64,000 nucleotides of DNA from Hyphomicrobiaceae bacterium (GCA_965279065.1 OZ257134.1:3960294-4024293), one strand, 5' to 3'. Shown: positions 1 through 10,233, counted from the stretch's first letter. Made by a program: numbers and translations. The notes: generated from the sequence alone by a model not told the origin.

Positions 1-169
1 CTTAGACGTTTTAAGTCAGATGGAGCAGATTCAGAGACTAGCATCCAAGTTTCTGACTTTGTCGCCACAGGCTCGAGCCAAGGCTGCGGCCGCAAGCTAG
101 GCGCTACCCACGTCAAGAAGGCATCGCAGTTTTCCGAAGCGGGGAGCAACGTGGACAACGGTGGCTCCC

Positions 170-1543
170 TCAAACAACGTGCGCGTCCGCCGCGCTCGAA
201 CCCACGGCATCCCGCAAGATTTCCAGCGCCGCCTTCAGCTCCGTTCGGTTTCGCGCTGCCCCTAACGCCGCACGAATGCCGCTCGGCGCGTCGGGCGAAA
301 CGGCGAATGCATCGCTGGCCACCACGCCCAGTCCCCGGCTGCGCAGCAGTGCCGAAAAGCGCTCGCTCGACCACGTGCTCGGCGCCGGCAGCCAGATGTG
401 CGGACTGTTTGGCTGCGCCGCGAAGCGATCCGCGCCCAACACCTCGCGGCTAAGAGCTTGCCGCGCCGCCGCTTCCTGACGGACAGCGGCGATGATCGCG
501 TCCGCGCTGCCATTCTGCATCCAGCGGATCGCGACAGCCGTCATCAACGGTGCCGGCATTTGCGTGACGGCGCGCAACGCGGCAGCGACGCGCTGCGCCG
601 CATCCGCCGCCGGCGCCACCAGCAGTGAAGTTCGTAGGCCCGGTGCGAGACACTTCGACAAGCTGGCAGCGAGATACGCCTGGTCGGGAACGAGCGCCGT
701 CAGCGGCCGCACCGAAGCGTCGAGAAAGAAGTACGGATCATCCTCGATCAGCGTCAGCCCACGCTTGACGATGACGTCCGCGATGTCGGCCCGGCGCCGC
801 GCGCTCATCGTTGCCGTCGTCGGATTGTGCATCGTCGGCGTCAGCACGATCAGCTTCGCCTTGTGCTTCCGGCACGCCGCGTCGAGCGCGCCGGAAACGA
901 CGCCGCTCTCGTCCATGGCGACGCCAACCAACCGAACCCGGGCCAACGCAGCAGCGGCCTTGAGCCCCGGATACGTCAGCGCCTCCGCGAGAACGATATC
1001 GCCCGGCTCAGCGAGGTCCAGCAGCAGCGCGGCCAGCGTCGCCTGCGTGCCGGGCGCGATCACGGTGCGGTCGGCCCTGAGTCCTGGGAGCCGTCCGTGC
1101 AGCCACTTGGCCGCAATCGCCCGCTCGGCTGCCGAACCGCCCGCCTGTTGATAGGTGAGGTACGGCCCGAAGCCCGTTTGCCGCCGGATCTCCGCCAGCG
1201 TCGCCGCCAGCCGCGCATCCAGGTCTGCGCCCTCCGGCTGCGGCGGCAGGTTCATCGACAGGTCGATGGCCGGCATTGCACCCGCGCACCTCACCGCCGC
1301 CGCGTTCGCCGCCACGAAAGTGCCGCGTCCGGTTCGCGCATCGACCAAGTGCAGCCGGCGCGCCTCGGCGTAGGCCCGCGTCACTGTCGTCACATCGAGG
1401 TCGAGGGCAGCGGCAAGGGCGCGATGCGTCGGCAGCCGTTGGCCCTGATGCACAACGCCACCGGCAATGTCATCCGCCAGCGCATCGACGATCCGCTGGT
1501 AGGCGGGCCCCCGTCGCCCCTCGATTGTCGGCATCCAATCCAT
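170..1543 (-). CDS. GntR/MocR-family transcriptional regulator with fused aminotransferase-like domain
   Basis: 457-aa ORF. N-terminal winged-helix motif (YQRIVDALADDIAGG...LPTHRALAAALDLDVTTVTRAY) is followed by a long PLP-aminotransferase-like region. Confidence 0.85.
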   Translation of the reverse strand: MDWMPTIEGRRGPAYQRIVDALADDIAGGVVHQGQRLPTHRALAAALDLDVTTVTRAYAEARRLHLVDARTGRGTFVAANAAAVRCAGAMPAIDLSMNLPPQPEGADLDARLAATLAEIRRQTGFGPYLTYQQAGGSAAERAIAAKWLHGRLPGLRADRTVIAPGTQATLAALLLDLAEPGDIVLAEALTYPGLKAAAALARVRLVGVAMDESGVVSGALDAACRKHKAKLIVLTPTMHNPTTATMSARRRADIADVIVKRGLTLIEDDPYFFLDASVRPLTALVPDQAYLAASLSKCLAPGLRTSLLVAPAADAAQRVAAALRAVTQMPAPLMTAVAIRWMQNGSADAIIAAVRQEAAARQALSREVLGADRFAAQPNSPHIWLPAPSTWSSERFSALLRSRGLGVVASDAFAVSPDAPSGIRAALGAARNRTELKAALEILRDAVGSSAADAHVV

Positions 1544-1617
1544 ACAATAGCGTCAATCCGCGCGCATTAAATCCATACAATCTGTTCTATATTTGGATCC
1601 AGGAAAGCACAACGACC

Positions 1618-2013
1618 ATGGAGGCGACGATGCAGACCGCGGAGACCACAATGGGCCAGGCCCTGATGCGTGGCGCCCGTTGCAAGTGCCCGAACTGCGG
1701 CGAGGGTCAGCTTTTCCGTTCATACCTGAAGGTCGCCGACGAATGCACGGCCTGCGGTCAGGAACTGTATCATCACCGCGCCGACGACCTGCCGGCCTAT
1801 ATTGTGATGTCCATCGTCGGCCACATCGTGGTCGGTCTGGTGCTTTGGGTCGAGGTGCATTATGCGCCCCCGTACTGGGTCCATGCCGCGCTCTGGACCC
1901 CGCTGACCCTCGGCCTGACCCTCGGCCTGCTGCAACCCGTCAAGGGCGCCATCGTTGCCCTGCAGTGGAAGCTCGGCATGCACGGCTTCGGCATGCCGAA
2001 GGTGGCCGCCTAA
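1618..2013 (+). CDS. DUF983 family membrane protein (zinc-ribbon CxxC...CxxC plus TM helices)
   Basis: Internal ATG at 1618 of ORF 1276..2013. Motif CPNCGEGQLF...CTACGQEL...DDLPAYIVMSIVGHIVV is typical of DUF983. The upstream part of the ORF is Arg/Pro-rich junk overlapping the MocR gene. Confidence 0.75.
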   Translation: MEATMQTAETTMGQALMRGARCKCPNCGEGQLFRSYLKVADECTACGQELYHHRADDLPAYIVMSIVGHIVVGLVLWVEVHYAPPYWVHAALWTPLTLGLTLGLLQPVKGAIVALQWKLGMHGFGMPKVAA

Positions 2014-2074
2014 GCCGTTAGCCGATACCTTTCTGCTCTTCTCACATCGGAAAGACGCGACCCCTCTCCCCATA

Positions 2075-2216
2075 CCGTCATCCCGACGCAGGTCGGGACC
2101 CACGCCAGCCACAGCGAGCTCGACGTTTCGTGGCCTCGCTCTCGCGCCTCACGAGTTCCAGCAGTGTCGCGCAAGGTGATGATTGCGTGGGTCCCGTGCC
2201 AAGCACGGGATGACGG
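2075..2216. repeat. Inverted pair of REP-like hairpin elements
   Basis: 2075-2105 is CCGTCATCCCGACGCAGGTCGGGACCCACGC and 2185-2216 is GCGTGGGTCCCGTGCCAAGCACGGGATGACGG. They are reverse complements apart from the loops, and each has its own CCCG/CGGG stem. The pair lies between convergent genes. Confidence 0.6.
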
Positions 2217-2270
2217 TGAATGGTGTGCGTTCGATTGCGAATTTGAGACGCAACGGCTGCCGTGGCGATA

Positions 2271-3236
2271 CTAAGCCCGCGGATGCGCCGCGTCGTAGAC
2301 CGCCAGCAGCCGCTCGCGATCGACTTCCGTATAGACCTGCGTCGTGGACAGCGACGCGTGGCCCAGCAGCTCCTGGATCTGCCGCAGGTCGGCGCCGGAC
2401 GACAGCAGATGCGTCGCGAACGAGTGCCGCAGCGCATGCGGCGTCGCCGTATCCGGTAAGCCCAAGGTTGCCCGCATCCGCTCCATCAGCAGCTGCACGA
2501 TGCGCGGCGACAGCGGCCCGCCCTTCGCACCGAGAAACAACGGCCCGTCCGGTTCTTGCGGGTACGGCACCAGCGCCAGGTATCGCGCCACCGCCGCCTG
2601 CGTCACCGGCAGGATCGGCGCCAGTCGTTCGCGCCCGCCCTTGCCGGTGATGCGCAGCACGTCGCGGCCCGGCACCGGCGCCTCACTGCGCGCCAGACCG
2701 AGCGCCTCGGAGATGCGCAAGCCGGATCCGTAGAGCAGCAGCAGCACGGCCGCATCGCGCGCCGCGATCCAGTCCAACTCTGCCTCGCCGCCCGCCTCGA
2801 CCACGGCCGCCGCTTTCACGACCGTCAGTGGCTTGGGCACCGAGTGCCCGACCTTGGGCATCGCCACCCGCCGCACCGCGCGGTTCTGCAGGATTCCTTG
2901 CGCTTCGAGCCAGCGGAAGAACGTGCGCAGCGCCGACAGCGTACGCGCCAGCGACCGGCTGCTGACCTGCGCCCGCCGCCGCGCCGCCAGGAACCCGCGG
3001 AACGTCTTCGCGTCGACCTGCTCCAGATCGCCAAGGCACGGCGCTCGCTGCAGCTGTTGCCGCAGATGTTGCGTGAACTGAGCCAGATCCCGGCGGTAGG
3101 CCTCCAGCGTCAGCTCCGCCTGCCCCCGCTCATGCTGCAGGTGCGCCAGCCAGTGCTCGACCGCCGCCGCCAGGTCGTCGCCCAGCGGCAGCTCGTCGGC
3201 CCGTTCGCCTGATTTTGCCCCAGCCGCCTTCGCCAC
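2271..3236 (-). CDS. xerC: Tyrosine site-specific recombinase XerC/XerD family (XerC-like)
   Basis: C-terminal catalytic motifs HALRHSFATHLL...LLGHASLSTTQVYTEV. The N-terminal core-binding region (WLAHLQHERG...LEAYRRDLAQF) resembles XerC. Confidence 0.8.
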   Translation of the reverse strand: MAKAAGAKSGERADELPLGDDLAAAVEHWLAHLQHERGQAELTLEAYRRDLAQFTQHLRQQLQRAPCLGDLEQVDAKTFRGFLAARRRAQVSSRSLARTLSALRTFFRWLEAQGILQNRAVRRVAMPKVGHSVPKPLTVVKAAAVVEAGGEAELDWIAARDAAVLLLLYGSGLRISEALGLARSEAPVPGRDVLRITGKGGRERLAPILPVTQAAVARYLALVPYPQEPDGPLFLGAKGGPLSPRIVQLLMERMRATLGLPDTATPHALRHSFATHLLSSGADLRQIQELLGHASLSTTQVYTEVDRERLLAVYDAAHPRA

Positions 3237-3514
3237 GCGTCTCAGCCCGCTCTATCGCGGCGAGATGGTCCCGCCGCGATCAACCGAACTCTCCCGTCCG
3301 TTCGGTTAACAACCCCTGAATCCTTGGAAATGAACTCGGTCACCTCGCTCCGACTCATGGTCTCCTAACCATGGTCACAGACAACCCGTTCACGTGAATC
3401 ATGGTCATCTGACTATGGCCACCACCCTGTTTGTGGGTCAGACCCTTGGGCCTGACCCCAACGGCACTGCTATAACCGTGCCATCGCCAGCCACCGCACC
3501 CAACCCGAGCCGTC

Positions 3515-5746
3515 ATGCCCCTCCTGCAACCGCTCCACGACGCCATCGGTCCGCTGACCCCGAAGACCCTCGGTGCCAATGCCATTGCCGGGCTCGTCGC
3601 CTCGCTGGTGACCATCGCCTACTGCGTCTCGTTCAGCGCGCTGCTGTTTCAGGGCGACTTGAGATCTGGCCTGGCCATGGGTCTGTGGGGCCTGCTGGTC
3701 GGATCCGCCATTGCCGGCATCTACGTCTCGCTGACGACATCCCTGCCCCCTGCCGAAGCCGCGCCCGACAACCCGGCCGTCGCCGTGCTTAGCGTGCTGG
3801 CCGCCACCGTCTCCGCACCGATCCTGGCAGCCGGCGGGGGCGCCGACCGCGCCGTCGTCCACGTGCTGCTCGCGATCTCGCTGGCAACGCTCGTCACCGG
3901 CGTCGTGCTCTGGCTGCTCGGTGTCTTCAAGCTGGCCCAGAGCGTCCGCTTCGTGCCGTATCCCGTGATCGGTGGCTTCCTCGCCGCGTCCGGCTGGTTC
4001 CTCATCACCGGCGGAATAGAGGTTGTAACCGGTCGCGATCTCACCTTCGCCACCCTCTCCGACAGCCTCCCACCTGACGCGACGCCGAAGCTCTTGCTGG
4101 GTATCGCCTTCGCGGTTGCCGTCTACGCCTTGAAGCAACGGCTCGGCAGCTACGTCCTGCCGCTCGCGTTCTTCGGCGGCGCCGTCGTGCTCGATATCAT
4201 CCTCTGGAGCCAGGGCCTGATGCACGCTGGCAGCGGCTGGTACATCGCCGGTTCGGCGCATCCGCTGCCGTGGGTGCCGCTTCGCGTCGTTGTCGCCGGC
4301 GGTATCGATTGGCCGGCGTTGGTCCACGCCGCCGCCGAAATCGCCGCCGTTGCCGGCGTCACCGTCCTGGCCTTGCTGCTCGACGTGACCGGCCTCGAAG
4401 TCGCCCGCGGCCGGACCGCCGACCTCGACCACGAATTCCGCACCAACGGCGCCGCCAACATCATTGCCGCGCCGCTTGGTGGCATGATGGGCAACCTGTC
4501 GATGAACGGCTCGCGCCTGCTGGATGAAACTGGCGGCGCGCAACGCTTGAGTGGCGTCCTGGCGTCGCTCGTCGTCGTCCTGGTCGTACTGACCGGCATC
4601 GACCTGCCCGCGCTGATCCCCGCACCGATTCTCGCGGGCCTGCTGATCTATCTCGGCCTCGTCGTGCTCACGGCCGTTTTGTTGAATTCGCCGGCACATC
4701 GCGCCTGGACCGATTTCGTGCTCGCCCTGCTTATCATGGCCGCCATCGTTCAAGCGGGCTATCTCACCGGCGTCGTCCTGGGCTTCATCGCCGCCTGCCT
4801 GATGTTCGCGTTCTCCTATAGCCGTGTCGCCGTCATCCGCCGCCACCTGACGCGCGCCGAGTTTTCCTCCAACGTCGATCGCGCGCCCGCGTCGAACCAG
4901 CGGCTGCTCGATGATGGCGATCGCATTCACATTTTCTGGCTCTCCGGTTTCATCTTTTTCGGCTCCTCCAACGGCGTGCTGGAAGAAATCCGCGATGCGC
5001 TTCTCGTCGAACCCCTCCCCTCTGCATCCAAGCCGCGGCGCCGTTTCGCCGTGCTCGATGTCACGGACGTCTCTGGATTTGATACCTCGGCGATGCTGTC
5101 GCTGATCAAGCTCCGCAACCATTGCGCCGAGGCGGGTGTCACACTTGTCTTCGCGGGAGCGTCGCCGAAAATGGAGGCGTCCCTCCGGCACGTCGGCGTC
5201 CTCGGCACCGGTGAGCCGCACCGCAGCTTCACCAGCCGCAACGATGCCATCGAATGGTGTGAAGAAAAGATCCTGAAGGCCGAGACCGGCGAGAACACGG
5301 ACGGGTCCGCAGCCGACCTCGCGAGCTGGCTCACCGAGGAACTCGGCACCGCCGACCGCGCGCGCCGCATGTCAGGCTATTTCGAACGTCGCGCGTTGCC
5401 GCCGGGCACTGCCCTCTATAGCCAGGGTTCGCCCTCGGATACGATCGACCTTGTCGTCTCAGGCAGTGTTGCGGTGGTCGTGCAGGGTGAGGCGGGCCTG
5501 CCGCTGTTGATCCGGCGCATGTCGCGCAAAACCGTCGTCGGCGAAATGGGTTTCTTCCGCGGCAACGTCCGCCGTGCCACCGTCTCGGTCGAAGGCGAGA
5601 GCCTTGTCTACACCCTGACGCGAACCGCGTATGATCGCCTCTGCGCCGAAGACCCCGAACTCGCGACCGCCTTCCTCGAATTCATCGTCCGCGCCCTGGC
5701 CGACCGCCTCGAATTCGCCAACCGCGGCATCGCCGCGTTGAGTTGA
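3515..5746 (+). CDS. SulP-family anion transporter fused to STAS and cyclic-nucleotide-binding domains
   Basis: 743 aa with a multi-TM SulP core. STAS-like segment (FAVLDVTDVSGFDTSAMLSLIKL). C-terminal cNMP-binding-like segment (LYSQGSPSDTIDLVVSGSVAV...VVGEMGFF). Confidence 0.85.
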   Translation: MPLLQPLHDAIGPLTPKTLGANAIAGLVASLVTIAYCVSFSALLFQGDLRSGLAMGLWGLLVGSAIAGIYVSLTTSLPPAEAAPDNPAVAVLSVLAATVSAPILAAGGGADRAVVHVLLAISLATLVTGVVLWLLGVFKLAQSVRFVPYPVIGGFLAASGWFLITGGIEVVTGRDLTFATLSDSLPPDATPKLLLGIAFAVAVYALKQRLGSYVLPLAFFGGAVVLDIILWSQGLMHAGSGWYIAGSAHPLPWVPLRVVVAGGIDWPALVHAAAEIAAVAGVTVLALLLDVTGLEVARGRTADLDHEFRTNGAANIIAAPLGGMMGNLSMNGSRLLDETGGAQRLSGVLASLVVVLVVLTGIDLPALIPAPILAGLLIYLGLVVLTAVLLNSPAHRAWTDFVLALLIMAAIVQAGYLTGVVLGFIAACLMFAFSYSRVAVIRRHLTRAEFSSNVDRAPASNQRLLDDGDRIHIFWLSGFIFFGSSNGVLEEIRDALLVEPLPSASKPRRRFAVLDVTDVSGFDTSAMLSLIKLRNHCAEAGVTLVFAGASPKMEASLRHVGVLGTGEPHRSFTSRNDAIEWCEEKILKAETGENTDGSAADLASWLTEELGTADRARRMSGYFERRALPPGTALYSQGSPSDTIDLVVSGSVAVVVQGEAGLPLLIRRMSRKTVVGEMGFFRGNVRRATVSVEGESLVYTLTRTAYDRLCAEDPELATAFLEFIVRALADRLEFANRGIAALS

Positions 5747-5787
5747 GGGAAGTGGATGTCCGAACAGGGAGCCACGATAGGTGTCGA

Positions 5788-5994
5788 ATGATCTTTGTCG
5801 ACTCATCGGCAATACGCGCAGTTGAGTACGACGCGCGTACGCGTGTACTCACGGTCCAGTTCACGAGTTCTCAGATCTATGAGTATCTCGACGTCCCCGA
5901 GAGCGAATATCTCGGGCTGCTGAATGCGGAGTCAAAGGGCAGCTACTTCAGCCACAACATCCGTGACCGCTATGAATTCCGGCAGGGCGGCTGA
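5788..5994 (+). CDS. KTSC domain-containing protein
   Basis: MIFVDSSAIRAVEYDARTRVLTVQFTSSQIYEYLDVPESEYLGLLNAESKGSYF matches the KTSC domain pattern. Start chosen at the internal ATG. Confidence 0.6.
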   Translation: MIFVDSSAIRAVEYDARTRVLTVQFTSSQIYEYLDVPESEYLGLLNAESKGSYFSHNIRDRYEFRQGG

Positions 5995-6007
5995 CCCTTA
6001 GCTGTAA

Positions 6008-6709
6008 CTAATCCCGCACCTTGCCCAGGAGATGCGCATCCATGCCGGTCCAGCCGGCGCCGTGGTCGCCGTCCCAATGCGCGTCCGGGTGCAGCTTGTG
6101 CGATCCGAAGCACAGCTTGCGCAAGATGCCGGCCGGGCGCAGATGCCAGCTGGCCCACGTCAACGGCGAGTCGCCGTTGACATCCCGGGCGTCCTTCGCC
6201 GCCCCGGCCGCGAGCAACAGATCGATCACGCCCTCGCTGGCGAAGGCCGCGGCGCGGTGCAGTGGCGTCTCGCCACGCGTTCTCACGTCGCGCATGAAGC
6301 CGCTCGTCTCGACGCCCGCGATGGTGGCGCGGCCTGGCTCGGCCCCTGCCCCCAGCAGCACCCGCACCACTTGCTCGGTGGCGGGACGATTGGCCTTGCA
6401 CAGCGCGGCATGCAGCGCCGTCTCGCCCGTGTCCGCCAGGCTATGATTTGCATCGGCTCCATTCTCGACGAGAAACTGGCACAGCTGCCAGTGCCCATGA
6501 AACGCCGCGCCATTGAGATCGAAATTGTCGCCCAACGATCCGAGCGACAAGCCTTGCGCCAGCAGAAACCGGATGGCGCTGACGTCGCCATAGTATGCGC
6601 ACCATTTGATCAGCGAGACGCCGTCACCGTCGACGGCGCTGGCCGCGTGTCCGGCAGCAATGAGATCGAAGACGAGATCCGTCCTGCCGTCGCGGAATTT
6701 CTCGAGCAT
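6008..6709 (-). CDS. Ankyrin-repeat protein
   Basis: Repeated ankyrin-like units (GDVSAIRFLLAQGLSL..., GHWQLCQFLVENGADANH, GETALHAAL..., GETPLHRAAAFASEGVIDLLLAAGA). Confidence 0.8.
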   Translation of the reverse strand: MLEKFRDGRTDLVFDLIAAGHAASAVDGDGVSLIKWCAYYGDVSAIRFLLAQGLSLGSLGDNFDLNGAAFHGHWQLCQFLVENGADANHSLADTGETALHAALCKANRPATEQVVRVLLGAGAEPGRATIAGVETSGFMRDVRTRGETPLHRAAAFASEGVIDLLLAAGAAKDARDVNGDSPLTWASWHLRPAGILRKLCFGSHKLHPDAHWDGDHGAGWTGMDAHLLGKVRD

Positions 6710-6769
6710 GCGCCGTGCTCCTCGCTGGCCCCGCTTGCGGCCGCGGACGCAGGCCGTCGGCCGTGACGC

Positions 6770-7426
6770 CTAGACGATTTTCTGCCCCGTCTTCTTCCAG
6801 TCAGCGACGAACTGCGCCAGACCTGCGTCGGTCAGCGGATGCTTCACCAGCGCCTTCAGAATGCCGGGCGGGATCGTCGCCACGTCTGCGCCGATCATCG
6901 CCGCCTCTCGCACATGGCCCACCGTGCGGATCGAAGCGGCGAGAATATCGGTCGAGAGATCCTGGTAGTTGTCGTAGATCGTGCGGATCTCGCGGATCAG
7001 ATCCATGCCGTTCAATCCGATGTCGTCGAGCCGGCCGATGAACGGCGACACGAACGTCGCCCCCGCCTTCGCCGCCAACAAAGCTTGCGTCGCCGAGAAG
7101 CACAGCGTGACGTTGACCATCGTGCCGTCGCCCGTCAGCGCCTTGCACGCCTTCAGGCCGTCCATGGTCAGCGGCACCTTCACCGTGACGTTCTTGGCGA
7201 TTTTCGCCAGTTCGCGACCTTCCTTCAGCATGCCCTCGTAGTCGACGGCCGCCACCTCGGCTGACACCGGACCTGGCACCACCTCACAGATTTCCGCGAT
7301 GATCTGCTTGAAGTCGCGCCCTGCCTTCGCCACAAGCGACGGGTTAGTCGTGACGCCGTCGAGCAGCCCCGTGGCCGCCAGCTCTTTGATTTCGGAAACG
7401 TCTGCCGTATCGACGAAAAAGCGCAT
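6770..7426 (-). CDS. tal: Transaldolase / fructose-6-phosphate aldolase (short type 3B)
   Basis: [36 protein letters not shown]...[16 protein letters not shown] at 7426 is preceded by GGAGA. The upstream part of the ORF was discarded. Confidence 0.9.
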   Translation of the reverse strand: MRFFVDTADVSEIKELAATGLLDGVTTNPSLVAKAGRDFKQIIAEICEVVPGPVSAEVAAVDYEGMLKEGRELAKIAKNVTVKVPLTMDGLKACKALTGDGTMVNVTLCFSATQALLAAKAGATFVSPFIGRLDDIGLNGMDLIREIRTIYDNYQDLSTDILAASIRTVGHVREAAMIGADVATIPPGILKALVKHPLTDAGLAQFVADWKKTGQKIV

Positions 7427-7619
7427 TCGTGTTTCTCCTGCCAGTCCGCGTGACAAGTCCACGCGCGGACCGTGCAGGCCCCTGTTACAAGTCTCTGGTT
7501 GCCGGCGCCAGTCTGAGGTGTGCACAACCGGCACCGCAACCCATATGGCGTTCGGACCCCGCTTCTAGAGCGCGGACGGCCTCGAAACAAGGCCGGCAAC
7601 AAGGCAACAGAGACCCCGT

Positions 7620-9839
7620 TTGGACAGTCTTCTCGACAAATTGGCCCCTGAGACGCAGTTGCAACGCCTGCCGGTGCTGCTGCCGGTCGCGCTGGACCAG
7701 ACGTACGACTATTTGACGCCGCCCGATCTGGACCCACAACCCGGTCAGTTCGTGCTCGTGCCGTTCGGCCCGCAGGTGCGGATCGGTATCGTCTGGGACA
7801 AGGCTGTGGGCGATCCCGGCAAGCCCATCGACCCGGCCAAGATGAAGACCATCACCGCCATTCTCGACGTGCCGCCCCTGCCACCCGCCTCGTTGCGCTT
7901 TGCGGAATGGACCGCGAAGTACACGCTTGGTCCGCTCGGCATGGTGGTGCGCATGATGATGAGCGCCACCGCCGCGTTCGAGCCGGTGAAGCCGCGCTTC
8001 GGCGTTGCCATCGTGCAAGGCGCCGCCTACCCGCCGCGCATGACGCCGGCCCGTGAGCGCGCTCTCGCCATCGCCTCCGACGGTCTCATCCGCTCCAAGG
8101 CCACGCTCGCCGAAGAGGCCGCCTGCACGACCGGCGTCGTCAACGGCCTCGTCGCATCCGGCAACCTCGTCGACGTCGCGATTCCCGAGAAGATCTATCC
8201 GCGCCCGAATCCCACCGCCTCTGTCACCACATTCTCGGATGACCAGGCCATCGCCGTGCAGACACTGCAGGCCGCCGTTGATGGCGCCAACTTCTCCGTT
8301 TCTCTACTCGATGGCGTCACGGGCTCCGGCAAGACGGAGGTCTATTTCGAAGCCGTGGCGCGCACGCTGGAGAAGGGCCACCAGGCCTTGATCATGCTGC
8401 CCGAGATCGCGCTGACCAGCCAGTTCCTCGACCGCTTCCAACGCCGCTTCGGCTGCGCCCCCGTCGAATGGCATTCTGCCCTGTCCGGCCCGGAACGCGG
8501 CCGCGCCTGGCGCGGCGTGGCAACCGGCGAAGCCCGCGTCGTCGTCGGCGCCCGCTCCGCGCTTTACCTGCCATATACCGATCTCGGCCTCATCGTCGTC
8601 GACGAAGAGCACGACGCCGGCTTCAAGCAGGACGATCGCGTGCACTATCAGGCACGCGACATGGCTGTCGTGCGCGCCAACCTCGGCAAGTTCCCGATCG
8701 TGCTGGCCTCGGCCACGCCGTCGATCGAGAGCCACGTCAACGCCCGCACCGGCCGTTATCGCCACGTCGTGCTGCCCGGCCGCTTTTCCGGCACCGAGCT
8801 GCCCGAGGTCACCGGCATCGATCTCAAGAAGAATCCGCCCGAGAAGGGCCGTTGGATCTCGCCCATCCTCCTGTCCGCGATCACTGAAACGCTGGGTCGT
8901 GGCCGCCAGTCCCTGCTGTTCCTCAACCGTCGCGGCTACGCCCCGCTCACGTTATGCCGCGGCTGTGGACATCGTTTCGAATGCCCGCAGTGCACGGCCT
9001 GGCTGGTCGAGCACCGCTTCCGCAATCGCCTCAACTGTCACCATTGCGGCTTCTCGCTGCCGATCCCGGCGTCGTGCCCCAAATGCGGCGAGGAAGGCTC
9101 CCTCGTCGCCTGCGGGCCCGGCGTGGAACGCGTCGCCGAAGAAGTCGCCGAACTGTTCCCCGATGCCCGCCGCGCCATCCTCTCGTCCGATCTGATCCCG
9201 GGCCTCACGGAGATGCGCGAAGTCATCCGCTCGATCGAAGCGGGCGAGGCCGATATCATCATCGGCACGCAAATCGTCGCCAAGGGCCACCATTTCCCCG
9301 ATCTCGACACCGTCGGTATCGTCGACGGCGATCTCGGTCTCGCCATGGGCGCCGACCCCCGCGCCGGCGAACGCACGTTCCAACTGCTGCATCAGGTCAC
9401 GGGTCGCGCCGGCCGGGCCTTCGCCAACGGCCGCGGCTTCGTGCAGACGCATCTGCCGGATCACCCTGTCATGCAGGCCATCATCTCCGGCGACCGCGAG
9501 GCGTTCCTCGACCAGGAAATCTCCAACCGCCAGCGCGGCCTGCTGCCGCCCTACGGCCGCCTCGCCGCCCTTGTCATCTCGGCGCGCGACAAGAGCCTCG
9601 CCGAAGCCTTCGCCCGCGACGTCGCCCGCCGCTCACCCGCCGCCGAACGCATCGAGGTGCTGGGCCCCGCGGAAGCGCCGATCTCCATCGTCCGCGGCCG
9701 CCATCGCTGGCGCATCCTCGTCAAGGCCCCGCGCGAAATGGACATCCAGGCCTACCTACGCCAGTGGCTGGACAGCCTCCCCGCGATCAAGGGCGACCTG
9801 CGCTTGCAGGTCGACATCGACCCGTATTCGTTCCTCTGA
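7620..9839 (+). CDS. priA: Primosomal replication-restart helicase PriA
   Basis: 739 aa. Walker A (GVTGSGKTEVY), DEEH box (VVDEEHD), Cys-rich zinc insertion (CRGCGHRFECPQCTAWLVEH...CHHCG...CPKCG). The TTG start is uncertain. Confidence 0.88.
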   Translation: MDSLLDKLAPETQLQRLPVLLPVALDQTYDYLTPPDLDPQPGQFVLVPFGPQVRIGIVWDKAVGDPGKPIDPAKMKTITAILDVPPLPPASLRFAEWTAKYTLGPLGMVVRMMMSATAAFEPVKPRFGVAIVQGAAYPPRMTPARERALAIASDGLIRSKATLAEEAACTTGVVNGLVASGNLVDVAIPEKIYPRPNPTASVTTFSDDQAIAVQTLQAAVDGANFSVSLLDGVTGSGKTEVYFEAVARTLEKGHQALIMLPEIALTSQFLDRFQRRFGCAPVEWHSALSGPERGRAWRGVATGEARVVVGARSALYLPYTDLGLIVVDEEHDAGFKQDDRVHYQARDMAVVRANLGKFPIVLASATPSIESHVNARTGRYRHVVLPGRFSGTELPEVTGIDLKKNPPEKGRWISPILLSAITETLGRGRQSLLFLNRRGYAPLTLCRGCGHRFECPQCTAWLVEHRFRNRLNCHHCGFSLPIPASCPKCGEEGSLVACGPGVERVAEEVAELFPDARRAILSSDLIPGLTEMREVIRSIEAGEADIIIGTQIVAKGHHFPDLDTVGIVDGDLGLAMGADPRAGERTFQLLHQVTGRAGRAFANGRGFVQTHLPDHPVMQAIISGDREAFLDQEISNRQRGLLPPYGRLAALVISARDKSLAEAFARDVARRSPAAERIEVLGPAEAPISIVRGRHRWRILVKAPREMDIQAYLRQWLDSLPAIKGDLRLQVDIDPYSFL

Positions 9840-9840
9840 G

Positions 9841-10233
9841 CTAAACCACCTGCGCGAGCGACAGTCCGGCGATGGCCACGAACACCGGCCAGGCCAGATG
9901 CCGCCCACGGCTCGTGACCAGGATCACGATACCGGTGATGAGAAACGTTACCGCGATCGCGGTAACGGCGAGCTTCCCCTGAGCATCGAGCGGCATCGTC
10001 GCGAGTAGCGCCAGCACTGCCCCCATGCCCCACCACGCCACGCTGGTGATGTGCCAGGCAAATCTCAGCACGCTTCGCGAAAAGGCGCTGCGTTCGAGAA
10101 TGCCTTCGCGAGAGCCGGGAGCGAGCAGCGGCCCGATCAGGCGGCGTTCACCGAGCCAAGAGTGCACGACGCCCAGAACAATCGCGAGCACTGCGGCCAA
10201 TACCAATGCTGAATTGATCATCTCATCCTCCAT
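9841..10233 (-). CDS. Hypothetical integral membrane protein
   Basis: 130 aa with about 4 hydrophobic helices, divergent from the TetR gene. No family recognised. Confidence 0.55.
   Translation of the reverse strand: MEDEMINSALVLAAVLAIVLGVVHSWLGERRLIGPLLAPGSREGILERSAFSRSVLRFAWHITSVAWWGMGAVLALLATMPLDAQGKLAVTAIAVTFLITGIVILVTSRGRHLAWPVFVAIAGLSLAQVV

Noticed and set aside
1-169. Lower-GC leader at the window start, with a GTCAGA...TCTGAC hairpin and a possible minus-strand ATG at 44
   Set aside because: It is too short and is truncated by the window edge. No motif of a known RNA or protein family was recognised, so no feature can be supported.
3470-5221. 583-aa minus-strand ORF antisense to the SulP transporter. 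Similar antisense ORFs exist at 11852-12640, 15739-16980, 17774-18706, 26841-28283, 31817-32743, 33877-35148, 35347-36357, 47038-49143 and 54720-55475.
   Set aside because: All lie opposite well-supported genes and have the composition typical of GC-rich antisense frames. None has a recognisable family signature, so they were not called.
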